Source: Amphiscolops sp. MND2022 (Eukaryota). From it: 64,000 bases of DNA. Both the position numbers and the translations under genes were made by a program. This document shows, piece by piece, positions 1 through 13,700 of this stretch (positions are counted from its first letter, which is position 1; every line of letters starts with the position of its first letter). The notes under the pieces are model-generated. The model saw only the letters and a program-made list of their open reading frames with translations. It was not told where the DNA came from and searched no databases. The DNA is taken from assembly GCA_964187785.1 (NCBI GenBank), contig OZ076415.1, positions 32,922,001 through 32,986,000 of the forward strand, in the 5' to 3' direction.

Positions 1-899
1 GAAAATTCTTTTTGGTTAAACAAATTCTGTCACCTGAAAACTTTGAAAAAAATTCCAAAAAAGGTGCCTTGATGCATTGGATTCGTTTTAGTGCTACGAA
101 ATATTTCACATTGTGGAAATTATACAGTGGATTTGTTTTATATGATTTTTGTTTTGCATCATTTAGATGAATTGGTGTTTTGCATCATTTAGAATAATTG
201 GAGTTTTCCGAACATGGAAATCTTTCGTTTCTTCTCATATCACAGTAGTTTTCCTCGAGTTTTTGGAAACATTTTTAAGAGTACCATTTCAGTTGTTTCC
301 AAATTACAAACGGATGTGCGGTCCACACATGAAAAAACAGCGGACCGTATTTCCCAGGTTTCGGAGCTGTCATTTTAAACATACTTTGACCGCATATATG
401 ATGACCCCATATTGGCCGCAATGCGCTCGTTGGTGTGTTCAATAGTCTGTTATCATACGTTGTTTCTTTTGCCATCACTTTCAAATTCGTTGAAATTCAG
501 TACTCCGCCCGTCTTGTCGTTTCCTGAATAAATTGTTGGTGCTTCTGAAAGTGGCTTCCCCCCTCATCTGTTTGTTTTGCAAACTGGTTGCTGCAAAGTA
601 ACATTTGAAGGTATTGGCCGGTATATGTAACGCTTTACTGGACCTGGTTTTGTGTCAGCACTCCTCTCCGGGTTCGTGATTCAGCTGGTTCTCGAACAAA
701 TCAACTAGTTTTCTGTCAGGTTCGGCATCGGTGCATTTCTCATTTTCTGTATCATGCTCTTAACATCGTTTCTTCTTCTCAAGTTGTTTTTATCACTCCT
801 TTCCATCTCTTGCCCTAATGAGCGGTTTTGTTTTGCCAAAGCTCAACTTTGATCCGTTTTTTTCCCACCCGGTTTTGTCATGGGGCTTACACTCTTCCA

Positions 900-3200
900 C
901 TGACCGTTAGAGTCAGTAGCATTCGAATTTGACTACTTCCTTCAATCTACTGGTTAGGGCAAGAACTTCCGACTGATCTTCTCTTGCGATTTGCTCGACA
1001 TCTCTGATGTCTTTCTGTGCGGCGATGTTGGAAATGCTCGTTTACAATCGGACTGTGTTTGGGTTTGATTGCAACAAATTTCGCTAGTTTATTTGGCCGT
1101 CATCCGATTTTGGTTACCGTACTGTTCTCTGATTGATTGTTCGTTTGTTCATGCAGCTGTAAATATTGAACTCGACCGGAGGCAAAATGGAGTTAAGTAC
1201 ACTCTTTGTCGATACCAAGTGGTTTCAATAACGGATTTCTGCTGGAGTAATCCGTCAATCCAAGGTTTTTCCTGCAATGTGTTTCATTTTAAAGTCGAAA
1301 CGTGCTATCGATCTAACCATCTGGTCTTGCTCCGCATGTTTTTGAAAAAGTTTGGTTGCAGCGCTTGACGGTGAAAAAAATCAGTCGGTCTTCCGTCGAA
1401 GTTGTCACAAATATAGTGCCCAAAGTAGGACGAGTAGTTCCAGTTCATTTATAGAGTGTTTCTCCTCCATATCCGAGGAAAATCTGCTTGCCATGTCAAT
1501 CGGCTGCAAAGTGCTGTTTGGAATAAGCCATAGTGTTGCTGTAAAACCCTTAGTGTTTGAGTCTGTAGTGTGTTTTCGCTATTCGAGTCAAACGTTCGGG
1601 AAAGGGTAATTGTGTCGAGCCTTTTCAAACGTTCGAATGAAACAGCGTGTTCTTCTATGCAGGCAAGTTTTTTGTATTCAGATATATATTTGATTACCCC
1701 TAAAGTCTTCCATCTTTTCATTCTATAAGGATTGTATTAGTTTGACAGCGTCCATTTTATTTTAAGGAAGTCATTCCTTTTATTCATGTCCCAGCCATCC
1801 AATTTCTTTGAAGGATTCGCACTTCTTTGATTTAGTCTGTACCCTGTTTTGTAATTTGGTCAGTGTTTCGCGTAGTTGACGTTTTGTATTTTTCTTTGTC
1901 TGCATTAATCACAATCATGATATCTTCCGACTATGCCAGGTGTTTAAATTTTAGTGCGGCGTCTATTTGCTCTAGCAAGACTGTTGGTATAACTGCCAGT
2001 CCAAAAAACTCTTTCAAGAAACCGCGGCAACCTGTAAACTCTCACCTCTGGCTGGAAAATGAAGAACTCTTAACTTTGCGTCCAGTCTAAATTATTGGTA
2101 CGGATATTCGAGGGGGGTGGGTTGTTCGTTGCTAGGATTACGTCGCCGGTGTTTTCTGACTATTTTCGCGACATTCTTGCCATCAGTTGTTCCATGTTTG
2201 GTATTTGTTTTTCGGTTGATTGGTACGTTTAATTTTCTAGAATCTACAGCACTACATTCTTCTAGATTTTGATTGATTTCGGTGATTATCGCGAGGTTGC
2301 AAAATCAACTCCAGTGATTTCGGTAGCTCGCTCCCGGTCGCCGTTATATATTAAGCGTTTCAGTTCACTGGCCACTTTATCTTGTGAATGAATCAGGATT
2401 GGTCCCCAGTGTTGACTTTATTTCTTTGTTGCTGTAAATTCTCCAAACTAATTTATCAAGTTTCAGTATCGTTTTTTACCGTATCATCAATTTTTTGTCG
2501 TAAATCGTTGTCTCCTTTGCGGAGCGGTTACCATTTTTTCTAGTAGTTGCATCCAATTTAAACTCGTTAGCGATGCTGTTTTTGCTATTGCGATCATTAT
2601 GAATAATTTAATCATTACTTTGTTAGTTTCCGCAGTCCCCTTTGTTAATTCAACAAATTCGATTTCGCTGTGTAACGTCTTTATAACCGATTCTAAAATA
2701 TTGGCTCGACTTTAGCTATATCGTTAAATCAGCATTGAGGCATTAGTATGATTGATGATCTGCTGCTTATCATAGATTGGATTAGAACGTTATCGACTAG
2801 TAGTGTTGCGTTGTAGATTTTCATCCCCGTTTTACTTTTGTATAAAACTTCAATTTTATGGGAGTCCCAGCTGGCTTCTTCAACCGAAGAGGTTGCTTCT
2901 TCCGTCTTTTGTATTCCTTAAGGAAGTCGTCGACCTTTTCGTAATGTCCTGTCTTTCTGCAACTTCATTCGGTTTAACTAAGCAGTTGGGTTGTCTCGAC
3001 AAGTTTGGTGCATTGTCCGGACCAGTTGTCTTGTGGTTCTCAGCTCGGGTATTTCGTTGCGCCGTCTCTTCTTTGTCCTCTCGTATTTGATTTTTTCGGA
3101 CCACTATCGTACATATTGTTTTTTGCAAAACATGTTCTACACTCCTTCTCTAGCTTGTAATATTTGTGTCGTTCAATCTATCGTACATGTATCCATGTTG
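900..3200 (-). mobile_element. Degenerate non-LTR retrotransposon (LINE) ORF2 remnant: RT C-terminal half and possible RNase H
   Basis: Broken minus-strand frames give RT-like text: KHLA*SEDIMIV (YADD-like) near 1900-1960; KYISEYKKLACIEEHAVSF (YKYLG..D..L.F-like) in ORF 1449-1721; LRSSSIFTAA (RNase H SSIFTAE-like) near 1160-1200. Many stops and frameshifts; boundaries approximate. Confidence 0.55.
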
Positions 3201-6200
3201 TTTTTCTGATATTTCGCTTGAATTCGTAATCACCCGTTGATCTGAGGGCGAATCACATACTACGTTGCCAAAATCAAAAAACCTCAATAGCTGTAAGGCT
3301 GCGTGCGCAAGTATCATTTACTTCAGCTGACGTAGATTAAACACTAAATTATACATGTTATAGGGGCAAAATTCTTGGAAAAACAGCTTTCACAATTTCA
3401 AGTTCATCATTTTGAAATGGCAAGCTCATCTGACAATTCGGTATGTTGAACTGACTTTTGTCAAAAACTTGGCCAAATTCTGAAATTGAAACAAAAATAT
3501 ACATTTTAGAGAACCCAGGAATAGCGCCTTTTGTGATTATGAACTCTACTTTCACACAAAAATCCCAGTGAGAGGGTTGTGCACGGAGGATCATCAGGGG
3601 CCTTCATAGAAACCAGTCGCTAGATCCATTTTTACTATTAGGGCACTGGAGATTCGTGACCATAGCACATAACGAGTGCCTTCTTTGGACGCTATTTACT
3701 GTCATAACTTTCAGGCGTTGCTCAGCAGAAAAGGTGCAACCCCGACCTCTCAATGCGGCCCCATAATAAAACGTTCATAACAAAAAAGCCTAAAACCATT
3801 ACCGCCGGAAAGATTTTCATCAATCAAGAGACTCATGTGATGTAGTGAAACTCGAGCATGACTTTTAATATTGAAATTTTAATAGTTTTCAAAAACCAAA
3901 CACACGACCATAGGCCACAAATTTACAATTTAACTTCACTTCAAAAAAAGTTTAATAAGACAACTCAGTAGAGTCTTTTCTACTTGAGCGAGCATTCGTC
4001 TTCAAAGTGACAGTAAAAAGCCTTCAGCGATTCTAATTAAGAGCTTAATTGATGGCTGATGTAACTATTAAACTACAAGAGTCAGCTAAACTATAACGCT
4101 TGGTTGAGTAACTTTTGAAAAATTAGCTCATGAATCATCTCGAAAGTAGATCTTTAACTGAAAGTAGATCAAAGTTTTTGAAACTTTCAAGAAAATATTT
4201 TTCTGCTCATTAGTCAAGACTTGACTCTAATGGAAGTATAGAATTTCTGGGATCACTTCGTGGAAGAAAAACTTCATGCAGGCATGGTTAACAGCTTGAT
4301 TTTGTCTGTTCAATTTTTTAAAATAAGATCGTTCAAATAATACCAAGTTATTCACTGATGACTTAGTATTTACTGATGGCTTTCTAAGTATGAAGAGCAC
4401 AGTCGAAATTATTGCAAGTTACCTTGGGCGAAAGTATACCAAGTGAATTTTTCCGGCATATGGAAGGGTTCTCCAAACGTTAATAAAAAATTAGCATCTC
4501 AATATTGAATCTCTGAAATAATAAACTCCTGAAACATTCATTCTAGGAACGAGTGCCTTACGGACTGGTATAATTAGGCACGCATTTATTAGGTAACAAA
4601 TACTAGTAATTTTAGTACTGAGTCCTTCGTTGAAAATTGAAGAATCATCTCATTTGAGCGCCAAAAAACTTCGAAAAATGATTTTAAAGCCCTAGAAAAT
4701 TATTGGCATTTTGATGTTACTGTAACTAAATCAACCGTAAAAAAACCTTCGGCAAAAAGTACTTTCAATGTAGTTAAAACTTTCACCGTTCTGTCAGTCG
4801 ATACTAGAATGAGCTGTAGCCTTGTAATTGAGTGAAATGATTCAAAGGATGATATTACACTCGAGGAATTTTCAAAACATTCAGCTTGAAGATTAAATTG
4901 CTAATGTTTGGACAATTTAGTCATTCAGGATTACAAACATTTATTGGAACATCGGCTATGCGGGAAGAGGCAGTACAATTCATTACACGAAAGGATAAGA
5001 TACTTCAAGAATAAGAAAATCACGGATACAAAGTAGATAGCTTTTGACATTTTTGAACTGCTCCAGAGTTCTCGGAAAAACCAAGAAAGTTGAATACAAA
5101 CTGATGTAAGTTACACTGTGACAAGCGACCAGTTTTCTACTGCTAGCTCCAGCTTTGATGGCTGCCATTGTAGCCCAGTCTATAATTGTGACCTCTTCGA
5201 TAAGACTATAGCGAGATATGAAGATAGCTGAGTAACAACTCAAACTGCGGAGTAATGCGTTATAACCACATGGTAATGTAAGTAATAATTATATAAACAA
5301 ACCAACAACATCCAAGAGGGTTCCACGTCGTTATTCCAGGTTTCTCAGAAACAGTCACGAGGAATAGTTGTGGATAATTTCATTAATTTACTGATTGCAA
5401 GGATGAATGAAAGGAGGAAACACGTTTTTCTACTTCAAAATTTAGTTTTAATCAACAGATATAGCATAAACATGAATCCACTTTTAGCCAATTATAGAAG
5501 CTAACAAGGTCGTATTAGAATACAATCAACTCCGATTACAATTGTTGGATAAGTAAAAGTGTTTTAGTTCGCAATAGTCGATATGTGTTACAGAAGCCTT
5601 GCTATAAATATAACTGATGCAACCGATGCACCATAATTTCGATAGAACAATCTTCGTTAAAACCGGAACTGACTGTAAAATCATTGAAGTGAGCTGTGAT
5701 ACATTCAATGTATATGTTTAACTCACTGCGCGACCACAGGAGCGGGTTTAGGCTTAACATCTACATGAATAAGCATTTCAAAACAACATTATTCGCAACA
5801 AAAATCATCATGCTGGTTAGTGGATCGAAAAATTTCATTGATCAAACAAAATAGAAGTTCTAGGTTCTAATTTGCTGAGATGATATACTATTCTGAAGTA
5901 CAGTTACACTGTCTTTGCAAAAATGCCATTCTGACTATTGGTCAGCAGGGCTTAGTAAGTTTTAAAGGGGAAAACGTCTGATAATAGATTTTAGGCAAAG
6001 ACAGGGTTATTAGGATAAAGCAGTGTAAACGCGCTATAAGGTCACTGAATGATTACATGATTATGCCTCTGGGCATAAATGATTCATTATACAATAAAAG
6101 GGATGATACATCAAGGTTTACACAATTCAAGCATTTACAAAATTTAGCATTGGCAAAAGGATAGATAGTTATCCATTGAATCAAGAATTCCTTGGAATCA

Positions 6201-6745
6201 AAAAGCCCGAGTTGATTATTTCACCCAAGTTGATCATTTTGCCAGTTCGAATTAAACGAGAAAAATATTGTCTCATATAAAACGAATTAGCCTCTATTCG
6301 ATGCACATAAGGTCTAGCAATCCTTTGTGTTAGACCCAGAATACCCGAAGTCAATTTGACCAATTGTTGGACATGTTCATCAAATTAATAACAATTCAAG
6401 CTGGTTTTCATCTTGACATATATCTCGGTGTTCTCTGAGATTAGAATTACTTCAAAACTATAACCCCCAAAACGCTCCCAAAATCGAGGAAAGGAAAAAA
6501 TTGGCACACAAGATGATTTGAGAGAGATCCAATACCGACCGCGAGAAATGAACTAATTTACTGATGAGAAACAAGATAGCATCAAATGCAAGTGTTGTCA
6601 TTCTACAGCACACAAATTAAATCGACTCCAAAACAAATATGATTACCCAAAGCAATTGGCATTTGAACACCGGACTGTGAACCAAAACCATTCGTGTAGC
6701 CTGATGATGTCAGTTGTAAGCAATTGGATCAATGAACGTGTGTTT

Positions 6746-8269
6746 CTAAGCATCAGTGTCGCCCTTTTGACCGACGTTGTCAGCGACTTCTACGCTGGAA
6801 CCTTGCCCTCTGTCTTCCAGTTCAACGGCTTTGTCAGTTTTGGTAGCTGCGCCTCCGCTGCTTTCTAAGCACATCATCAACCACTTCTGAAGGAAGAAAG
6901 TAACGGCGTCGGTCATTTGCGGGATCTTTACTACGTGTAGTTTATCCTGGAAAACGATGAAGATGAAATAGACTGGTACCGCCGACATAGCCATGAGGAT
7001 TCCGATTCCAGTTGAAAAGGGGTCTGCGTAGATGGAGAAAAGCAAAACGATTGTGCATATGACGACGAAAGCGACTGGGAAGATAATATAGAACCTGATT
7101 GGTCGCTCCAACTCGGGACGTTTGATTCGCAGATATATGAGCACTGCTACCGAGAGGTCGATGGTGAAATAAAACACGAAACTGAAGTAGTTCAAAACCG
7201 CACCAATGTTCCCGGGGAGAATCATCAGACATGATATGACACCTGTAAGAATGACAGATGGAATTGGCGTCAAGAATTTCAGATTGACCATAGCCAATAG
7301 CTGTGGCAGTTGACGGTACTTGGCTCCAACCAAGGTGAGACGAGATCCAGTGAGGATGCTTCCGTTCACAGCGCTGAAAGTCGACATGGCCACCAAAATT
7401 GGCATAATCCACGACGCAGACCCCAGGAATTTATCGGCGAAAGTGATACCTACCGCCGGGGAACTGAGAAGTTCGTCGGGCCTCATGGCTGCGAAGTAGG
7501 CCACATTTGCGAGAACGTAGATAACAGTGACCAAGGGCAGTGAAATGACGATAGCAAGAGGGAGGTTTCTGTTAGGATTGATGATTTCATCGGTCATGAA
7601 GTTGAGATAATTCCATCCAGCGTATGCGAACATACCACTGTAAAATGCCATCGATAACTCGAATGGGTCAGTAATGGTGTCATCAAAAGCACCCCGGTAA
7701 TTTTCAGCCGCGTCTTCGAATATCATGTAGTATCCCCCGGTAACAATAATGAGAACAAGCGACAGAACCTTGGCGACCATGAATACATCGTTGATGAGAG
7801 TACTTGCCCGTATGCTCACGCAGTTGATGAAAGTGATGAGCAATACACACGCACATCCAATACAGTTGATGGCAAATTGAGGACTTTCACAGTCTTCGTC
7901 GAGAAATGGCTGAATGATATACTTGGCGAAGGTTGCTGCAACGATAGCCTGGGCGGCTGGTCTGATGATCAACATAGTTGCCCACAACTGCACGAATGCT
8001 AGCAGTGGTCCGAACGCTTCGTGAATGTACGCATATTCACCACCAGAAGCTTTGATCGTGGTTCCTAATTCGGCGTAACACAAAGCACCCAATATAGAGT
8101 ACAAACCGCAGGCAATCCACATTGCAAGAGACATCCCAATAGATCCACTAGATTTAAGAACGCCAGTTGGCGAAATGAAAATCCCAGATCCAACAATATT
8201 TCCGATGATGATTCCACAGCCATTGAGAAGACCGAGTCTCTTCTCCATTTGGACCCCTTCGTCCCCCAT
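6746..8269 (-). CDS. SLC7 L-type amino acid transporter light chain (LAT/y+LAT/xCT subfamily), paralog 1, 507 aa, single coding exon
   Basis: Uninterrupted ORF with TM1 IGNIVGSGIFISP, GALCYAELGT, SGGEYAYI, TM6 FAYAGWNYLNFMTDEI, NPNRNLPLAI, and the extracellular Cys (QPFLDEDC) at the position that bonds to the SLC3 heavy chain. Orthology within the subfamily cannot be assigned by eye. Confidence 0.96.
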   Translation of the reverse strand: MGDEGVQMEKRLGLLNGCGIIIGNIVGSGIFISPTGVLKSSGSIGMSLAMWIACGLYSILGALCYAELGTTIKASGGEYAYIHEAFGPLLAFVQLWATMLIIRPAAQAIVAATFAKYIIQPFLDEDCESPQFAINCIGCACVLLITFINCVSIRASTLINDVFMVAKVLSLVLIIVTGGYYMIFEDAAENYRGAFDDTITDPFELSMAFYSGMFAYAGWNYLNFMTDEIINPNRNLPLAIVISLPLVTVIYVLANVAYFAAMRPDELLSSPAVGITFADKFLGSASWIMPILVAMSTFSAVNGSILTGSRLTLVGAKYRQLPQLLAMVNLKFLTPIPSVILTGVISCLMILPGNIGAVLNYFSFVFYFTIDLSVAVLIYLRIKRPELERPIRFYIIFPVAFVVICTIVLLFSIYADPFSTGIGILMAMSAVPVYFIFIVFQDKLHVVKIPQMTDAVTFFLQKWLMMCLESSGGAATKTDKAVELEDRGQGSSVEVADNVGQKGDTDA

Positions 8270-8298
8270 AATGATTGAAGCTCCGTTGAGCTCTTAGT

Positions 8299-8658
8299 CT
8301 GAACTTTCAAAAACGTCTAATTGCAACAATAGTTCCTACGAGTGTAGGGTGGTAGCCAGAAGACAACTGAAAAATAACTTACAGAATAACGTCCGACAGA
8401 GTGTCTCAGCTAATCTAAAAAATGTTACAATAATGCATAAATTTATCTTGCAAAGCTCAAGGGAGTCAATTTTTCAATTGAATCTTTCAAATTGCCTGCC
8501 AAGTCTCTCAGGGTGTAGCACAGGAAAAAATTCCACGCTAAAAAGTACTGTCTTGTGAAATATTCAACGCACTAAATAGCTAGCATATATTAAGAAGCTC
8601 CACTTGAAATTCCTGCTCACATTACACTTGGATGACTCCCAACAGCACCTGATTTTAC
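8299..8658 (-). other. Candidate 5'-UTR intron of SLC7 paralog 1
   Basis: Minus-strand acceptor TTTTTGAAAGTTCAG| (AG at 8300-8299) about 30 nt upstream of the ATG, and a possible donor AAG|GTAAAA at 8658. The pairing is inferred. Confidence 0.35.
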
Positions 8659-8784
8659 CTTAAAAGACAGCAGGCAGCAATTGACTGAAGCTGGTGACGC
8701 AAGATTTCTATGGAAATGCTGAAAACAGATAACCTTTTACCCCTTTTAGGAATAAGGATATTTAATTAGAAATTGGATAAGAAG

Positions 8785-8906
8785 ACTACGTTTAGCATTT
8801 TATGATGCAGAAGTGATACAGAAGTCACATAGGAAATTGACCGCAATGGATCAAACGACTATTTAGCATTCCATGATGCAGAAGTCACATAGGAAGTTGA
8901 CCGTAT
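8785..8906 (+). repeat. Imperfect direct duplication of about 55-65 bp upstream of SLC7 paralog 1
   Basis: GACTA..TTTAGCATT..ATGATGCAGAAGTCACATAGGAA.TTGACCG occurs twice in tandem. Confidence 0.8.
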
Positions 8907-9611
8907 AACGTACAATTGTGCTCAAAAAATGTACTTGGGATTTCAACTACCGGATGCGATATCATTTCATAGTCCAAACTCGACAATCGAAAAGACAAAA
9001 GAATGAAAAAATTGAAAAAAAATGTTTTTGAATACAGCTCCGCGGGAATAGAACTGTCAAAATGCGAAAAATTCTCAAACAGGCGTTTTTTCACTCTTAA
9101 TTATGGACCGCAACGAAAGTTTGCCAATCCATCGGGTGCAACTTATGCCTGACAATGGGGACCAGGAATGGTAGCTGAAACCGAGTGATTAGTAAAAACA
9201 GCCTCATTCATGTCAATTTGAGCGATCGGATTGGGTTAGATATTATTTCTTTAGATACTATTCCGTTTTCCCCTGACAATGTTCCGGGTGCAACTTACTA
9301 TACACAGCCATAGCGTATTTTAAATTGTGATGAGCGCTATTGCTGAAGAGCGGAGGCTCTCAATGATTTATAGACAAACAAAACCGATACTAAGTTTTCA
9401 TCTTTTTTTTCTAATTAAAATTAGAAGTTTTGTTGTGTCTTCACAGCTGCCGCTGAGGGGATCTCTCCCCAAGAAGAAGAAGAAGATATCAATTAACCTT
9501 CGGGATGTGGCAGTACAAATGACTTTCTATCATTGATTCCAGTACAAAGTAAATAGTATAAATAGAATTGACACAGAAGGAAAGCAAGTGAGGATTGCAG
9601 GGTTATAAGAA

Positions 9612-9830
9612 TTAATCGATGTTGGCAATAAAGCCAGCCAACGCGTTTATAACATGCTTGTTTTCGCAATTTAGCAAACCAACTAGCGTTTCGTCAATGT
9701 TTTGATTTTGAAGCTCCTTAATGAAACTCTTTCGGTGTTCTTGGTATGAGACACAGGAAAATATTAAATGTGCAGTATCATCGACAACTCCCCAAGAATC
9801 ACCAACAAATGATTCTAGCATATCCTCGTG
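9612..9830 (-). mobile_element. Non-LTR retrotransposon C-terminal zinc-knuckle-like fragment (dispersed family)
   Basis: VDDTAHLIFSCVSYQEHR resembles CLHCKTVDTTAHFLFSCALYQKNR at 36172-36447 (+) and a minus-strand copy near 37300-37430. Confidence 0.45.
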
Positions 9831-10551
9831 GTGTTGCGACAGTTTTGGCAGTCGAAAAAAATTAGTAGGTGCGGAGTTGGTTTTCGATGTAAAGCTGATT
9901 AAAATGATACCACATGAAGTCAAGTAGTCTTTGTTTCAGTCTCGAAGAATGCTAGTCTTTCCGGCAATTTGTCCACCAGCCGGCAAATCCTGAAACAGAA
10001 CCCAGCACGAGCTTTCTCCGGACGCTCACAAATCGTACGATCTCTATTCGAGACTGATGGTGACATCGAGTTTTACCCCCATGAAGCGCAATTCATGGTA
10101 ATATTTTGATAGAAACAAGAGGCTGTTTAACTGAATGAACATTGGCAGGGGAAGAAGATTGCAGTTCATAAGAATGTCTTTGTGGGTCGAATTGTAATTG
10201 GAGCAAACCCATTTGAGGACTCTTTCCTGGAAATTTTCAATTGATTTCATACTGGTTCTAGAGAGACTGAACCAGCAACAAGCGAAGGACAGAATTGGTA
10301 AAACCATAGACTTTGTGTAAATTCAACCTGACCCGCATTTGTGACGCAGAGGTATTTCTTTTGATGTGAAAGAATTTTGTTGGCTTTCTGAAATCGATTA
10401 TTGATGTGTGATGTCCACCATAACACACTTGTCACCATGACCTTTCGCAAATGCAAATCCCGGAAATAGAAAGTCACTCAGATAATAGTCATTTTGATTT
10501 TTACCTCGAAAAGAATTTGTAGTCTTCCAAAGCGAAAAACCATTATATATA
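9830..10551 (-). mobile_element. CR1/L2-like LINE remnant (RT C-terminus), left flank of the Helitron insertion
   Basis: Minus frames read WTSHINNRFQKANKIL and SMKSIENFQERVLKWVC...NLLPLPMFIQLN, then a terminal ...LLDFMWYHF...DCQNCR motif typical of CR1/L2 ORF2 ends. Frameshifted. Confidence 0.7.
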
Positions 10552-10711
10552 CTAGCAAACCCGTCTGCCCGAGGGGCAGAAGTCGCTTTTAGAATTGGCA
10601 GTCAAATCTTCACTATTTTTCGTATCCTGATGATGTTTTTTCTTTCATTTAAACGATGTTGTGAATTATCATTAAAGAAACCTGATCAACTAATTTCGAT
10701 GAAAAGCAATA

Positions 10712-13700
10712 TTAAGGAATGGATTCAATTAATTCTGAGTAAACCACATTGTCAATGAGAATCTTTTTATCGGTAATATTTTCATCAGAACAATCGGCTG
10801 AATAAATTTTAACAGCACTGCAGTCTCCAACCCTCGACATTGCTACGTACAACTGGCCGTGAGAAAACATCTGTTGTGGTAAGTAGATGCCTACTTTCGA
10901 CAGAGTTTGCCCTTGAGATTTGTTAGCTGTGATTCCAAATGCTGGGCGTACAGGGAATTGTTTTCTTTTCATTGTAAATGGATACACAGTGTCTGAGGGT
11001 GACATGACTATTCTTGGTATGAAAAGCTTCTTTCCGGCGTGAGTTCCGGTTGCAATGATAGCCTCAATTATGTTGGATCCTGCTTCCAAAACAATGTACC
11101 TCGTGCCATTACAATGTCCGTTGACGGCGTCAAAGTTCCTTAGTAACATTATGCACGACCCTTTCTTCAGTTTCAATTCATGTGGTGGAAATCCAGAAGG
11201 AGTTAATTTGTTTAAAAACTCGGTAGGGTACCTAAACAATCAAAATTGGTAACACATTAGTGGTTCTTATTGAAAGCTGCGACTTGAAAATTTAGCTTAG
11301 AAAGTATTGAACCAGTGAGCATTCTCTGCAACTGTATCGCAACTTTTGTAAATCTTCTCCTTTCCTGGAAAACGCTCCATCATCATTTCGTTAACATTAT
11401 CGACTGCGTTATTTGTAGGCGATATGATCGCTCTATTGGCCAACCAATCGTAGTTCATGTAATTCTGGGTCAGATCCTCGAAAACAAAGTCACACAAACC
11501 GGTCAAGGTATTGTTTCGAAGGAAAAACTTCGGTGGTAACCTGACTTTGAACTCTCCCTCTTCTTCAACGTTAAGCTTTCCACTTCCCAAGTGGTCCAGA
11601 AATTGACTGAAATTCGAAGAATCAGAAGTTTCTCCACAATTGATTATTCTCATGTTTTGACTGAGATGCATTGTTGTAACGCTGGGCCAGAGAAAAGAAT
11701 TCTTGAGAGTTGCAGCAACTATTTGAGCGCGGCTCCCATGACGAATTACAGGCAAAATTTGCCTCCAATCACCTCCCAAAAGCACTGTCATTCCACCAAA
11801 CGGGTAGTTGTTCCTCCTAACGTCTTGCAGTGAGCGATCTATACACTCAAAGATGTTTCTGTGACCCATTGAAATTTCATCGATAATCAAAAGGGAGGCT
11901 TCTTGTAGTAAAACGCCAGTGGCATCACGTCGACTGAAACCACATGTCGATTCGTCAGTCAAAGTCAACGGAACTTTCATTCTGGAATGAAGAGTCCTTC
12001 CTGAATCCAATAACGTAGATGCAATACCTGATAGAGCAGTCGCTAGTGCAATTTTTTTCTCCGATCTTACTTTTGCAAGAATCAAGTTCATTAGGTAGGT
12101 TTTACCTGTACCACCGGATGCATTGAGACAAAAAATTTTCCCAGAATTGTTCATGACTGACTGAATCACAGCCTCGTAAACTACTTTTTGCTGGTCGTTC
12201 AAGGTGCATTCCTTGTAGAACACGTCTCTTTCCAATTTCAGTATGTCGTATTGCAGTTCTTCTTGGATTGTTTTGGGCTGCATGCTGGCTGTTGTGACCT
12301 CTGTAGGCATGGGTAACCCGAAGTCTTTTTGCAGACACAAATCTTCACGATCCAATCTGTCTTTTATAAACTGTAGAATCTCATTTCTGATGTTTGCATT
12401 CACACCATCCACGCCGTCTCGTTTCATCAGATCCCAAGCCATTGCCAATTCCCATTTTTTCCAGAAAGATACCGGTTCCGGAGGTGAAGCATAAAGTAGA
12501 ATGGCGCAAAAAAAATCCCGTAACTGGCATCCAAACCGAATGTTGGCGGCTTCTTGCATTGCTCGATCGGCTTCTCCATCGTCATCAAGCAGTCCCAATT
12601 GTCTGCAGGCAGCCTCAAAACTTTCACATAACTTTCCCGATACTGTCTTCAGGTCATTGAAACCTTGTGGACCTCGAATGTGATGTAAAAGCATTCTGAG
12701 ATGGTACAGTTCAGACTGATGTCTACTCAAAGAAACTACTGGTATCCTGCCAAGTGTGTCTGCCTTGAAGTAGCCTTCTCCAGCTGCATTTCCTCGCTTT
12801 CGTGGCGACCATTTTCTGTTTTTCTTATCCCACACGAAAAAGTTTGGAATTTCATGATAAAGTAACGTCTTTGCAAAAGTGTCACATGCATTCAAATTGA
12901 AGAAAGCTTCCAGCTTGGTTATCGGTAGTCCAGTGGAGATAACATTGTCGAGTTGATTTTCTCGGAAGATTACCGTTTGATCTCCAGGCAAGTGGCATGG
13001 AAGTTTTTCAATCGCAGGTTTCCTTGAGTGTATTGGAAAATCGTAGATCCGCCAAAATGCTTCACTGGCTGAGATGTATCTAGCATTGAGATAGAGTTCA
13101 ATCTCGTCGTTCGTTTGACAATCTGTCCCACTTTCCATCCTCATATTCAGAATAATCCGGTCACTTCCTTTCAGTATGTATTTGTAGAGGTATTTAACAG
13201 CTGCAACCGAGTTGACAATTTCACAATTGATGTGTGCTTGAAATTTCATCGATAGAAAAGGATTATATGGTACCACCCATGAGTTGTCCAGAGTGATCAG
13301 CTGGTTCTTAACTTTTTTCTCGAATACTCGGCCTCCATCTTCAGGGGCTCTTCGTCTATATTCAGGAAAACCGTCTTTTGTGAAAAGTGTTTCTTGTTTG
13401 AATTTTTTAGGAAAATGTTTGCTACAATGTCTCTGACTTCCACTGCCTTCCATACAGGACGCATTTTCATTGAATTTTCCACATGGTCCATGCAGCATTG
13501 ACTCAACAATGATCTGATGAAGTTGCGGATTTTCCATTCTGTCTGGTATCTCTGCCGAAACGACCTTGTTCACGTCTGCGGCCGATCGAGGTTTGTATTT
13601 GTCCTCCATTATCAGTAGAATGTGTGCATGAGTCAGACCCCGCTTTTGCCACTCAATGGTTGCTGAATGGGCTACCACTTTACCCAAAATATCATTTTTC

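Noticed and set aside
3300-6400. Possible gene or TE in scattered short ORFs
   Set aside because: No motif or consistent exon structure could be recognised by eye; left unannotated.
10712-11313. RepHel inactivated by a premature stop or frameshift
   Set aside because: A phase-compatible GT..AG intron explains the break.
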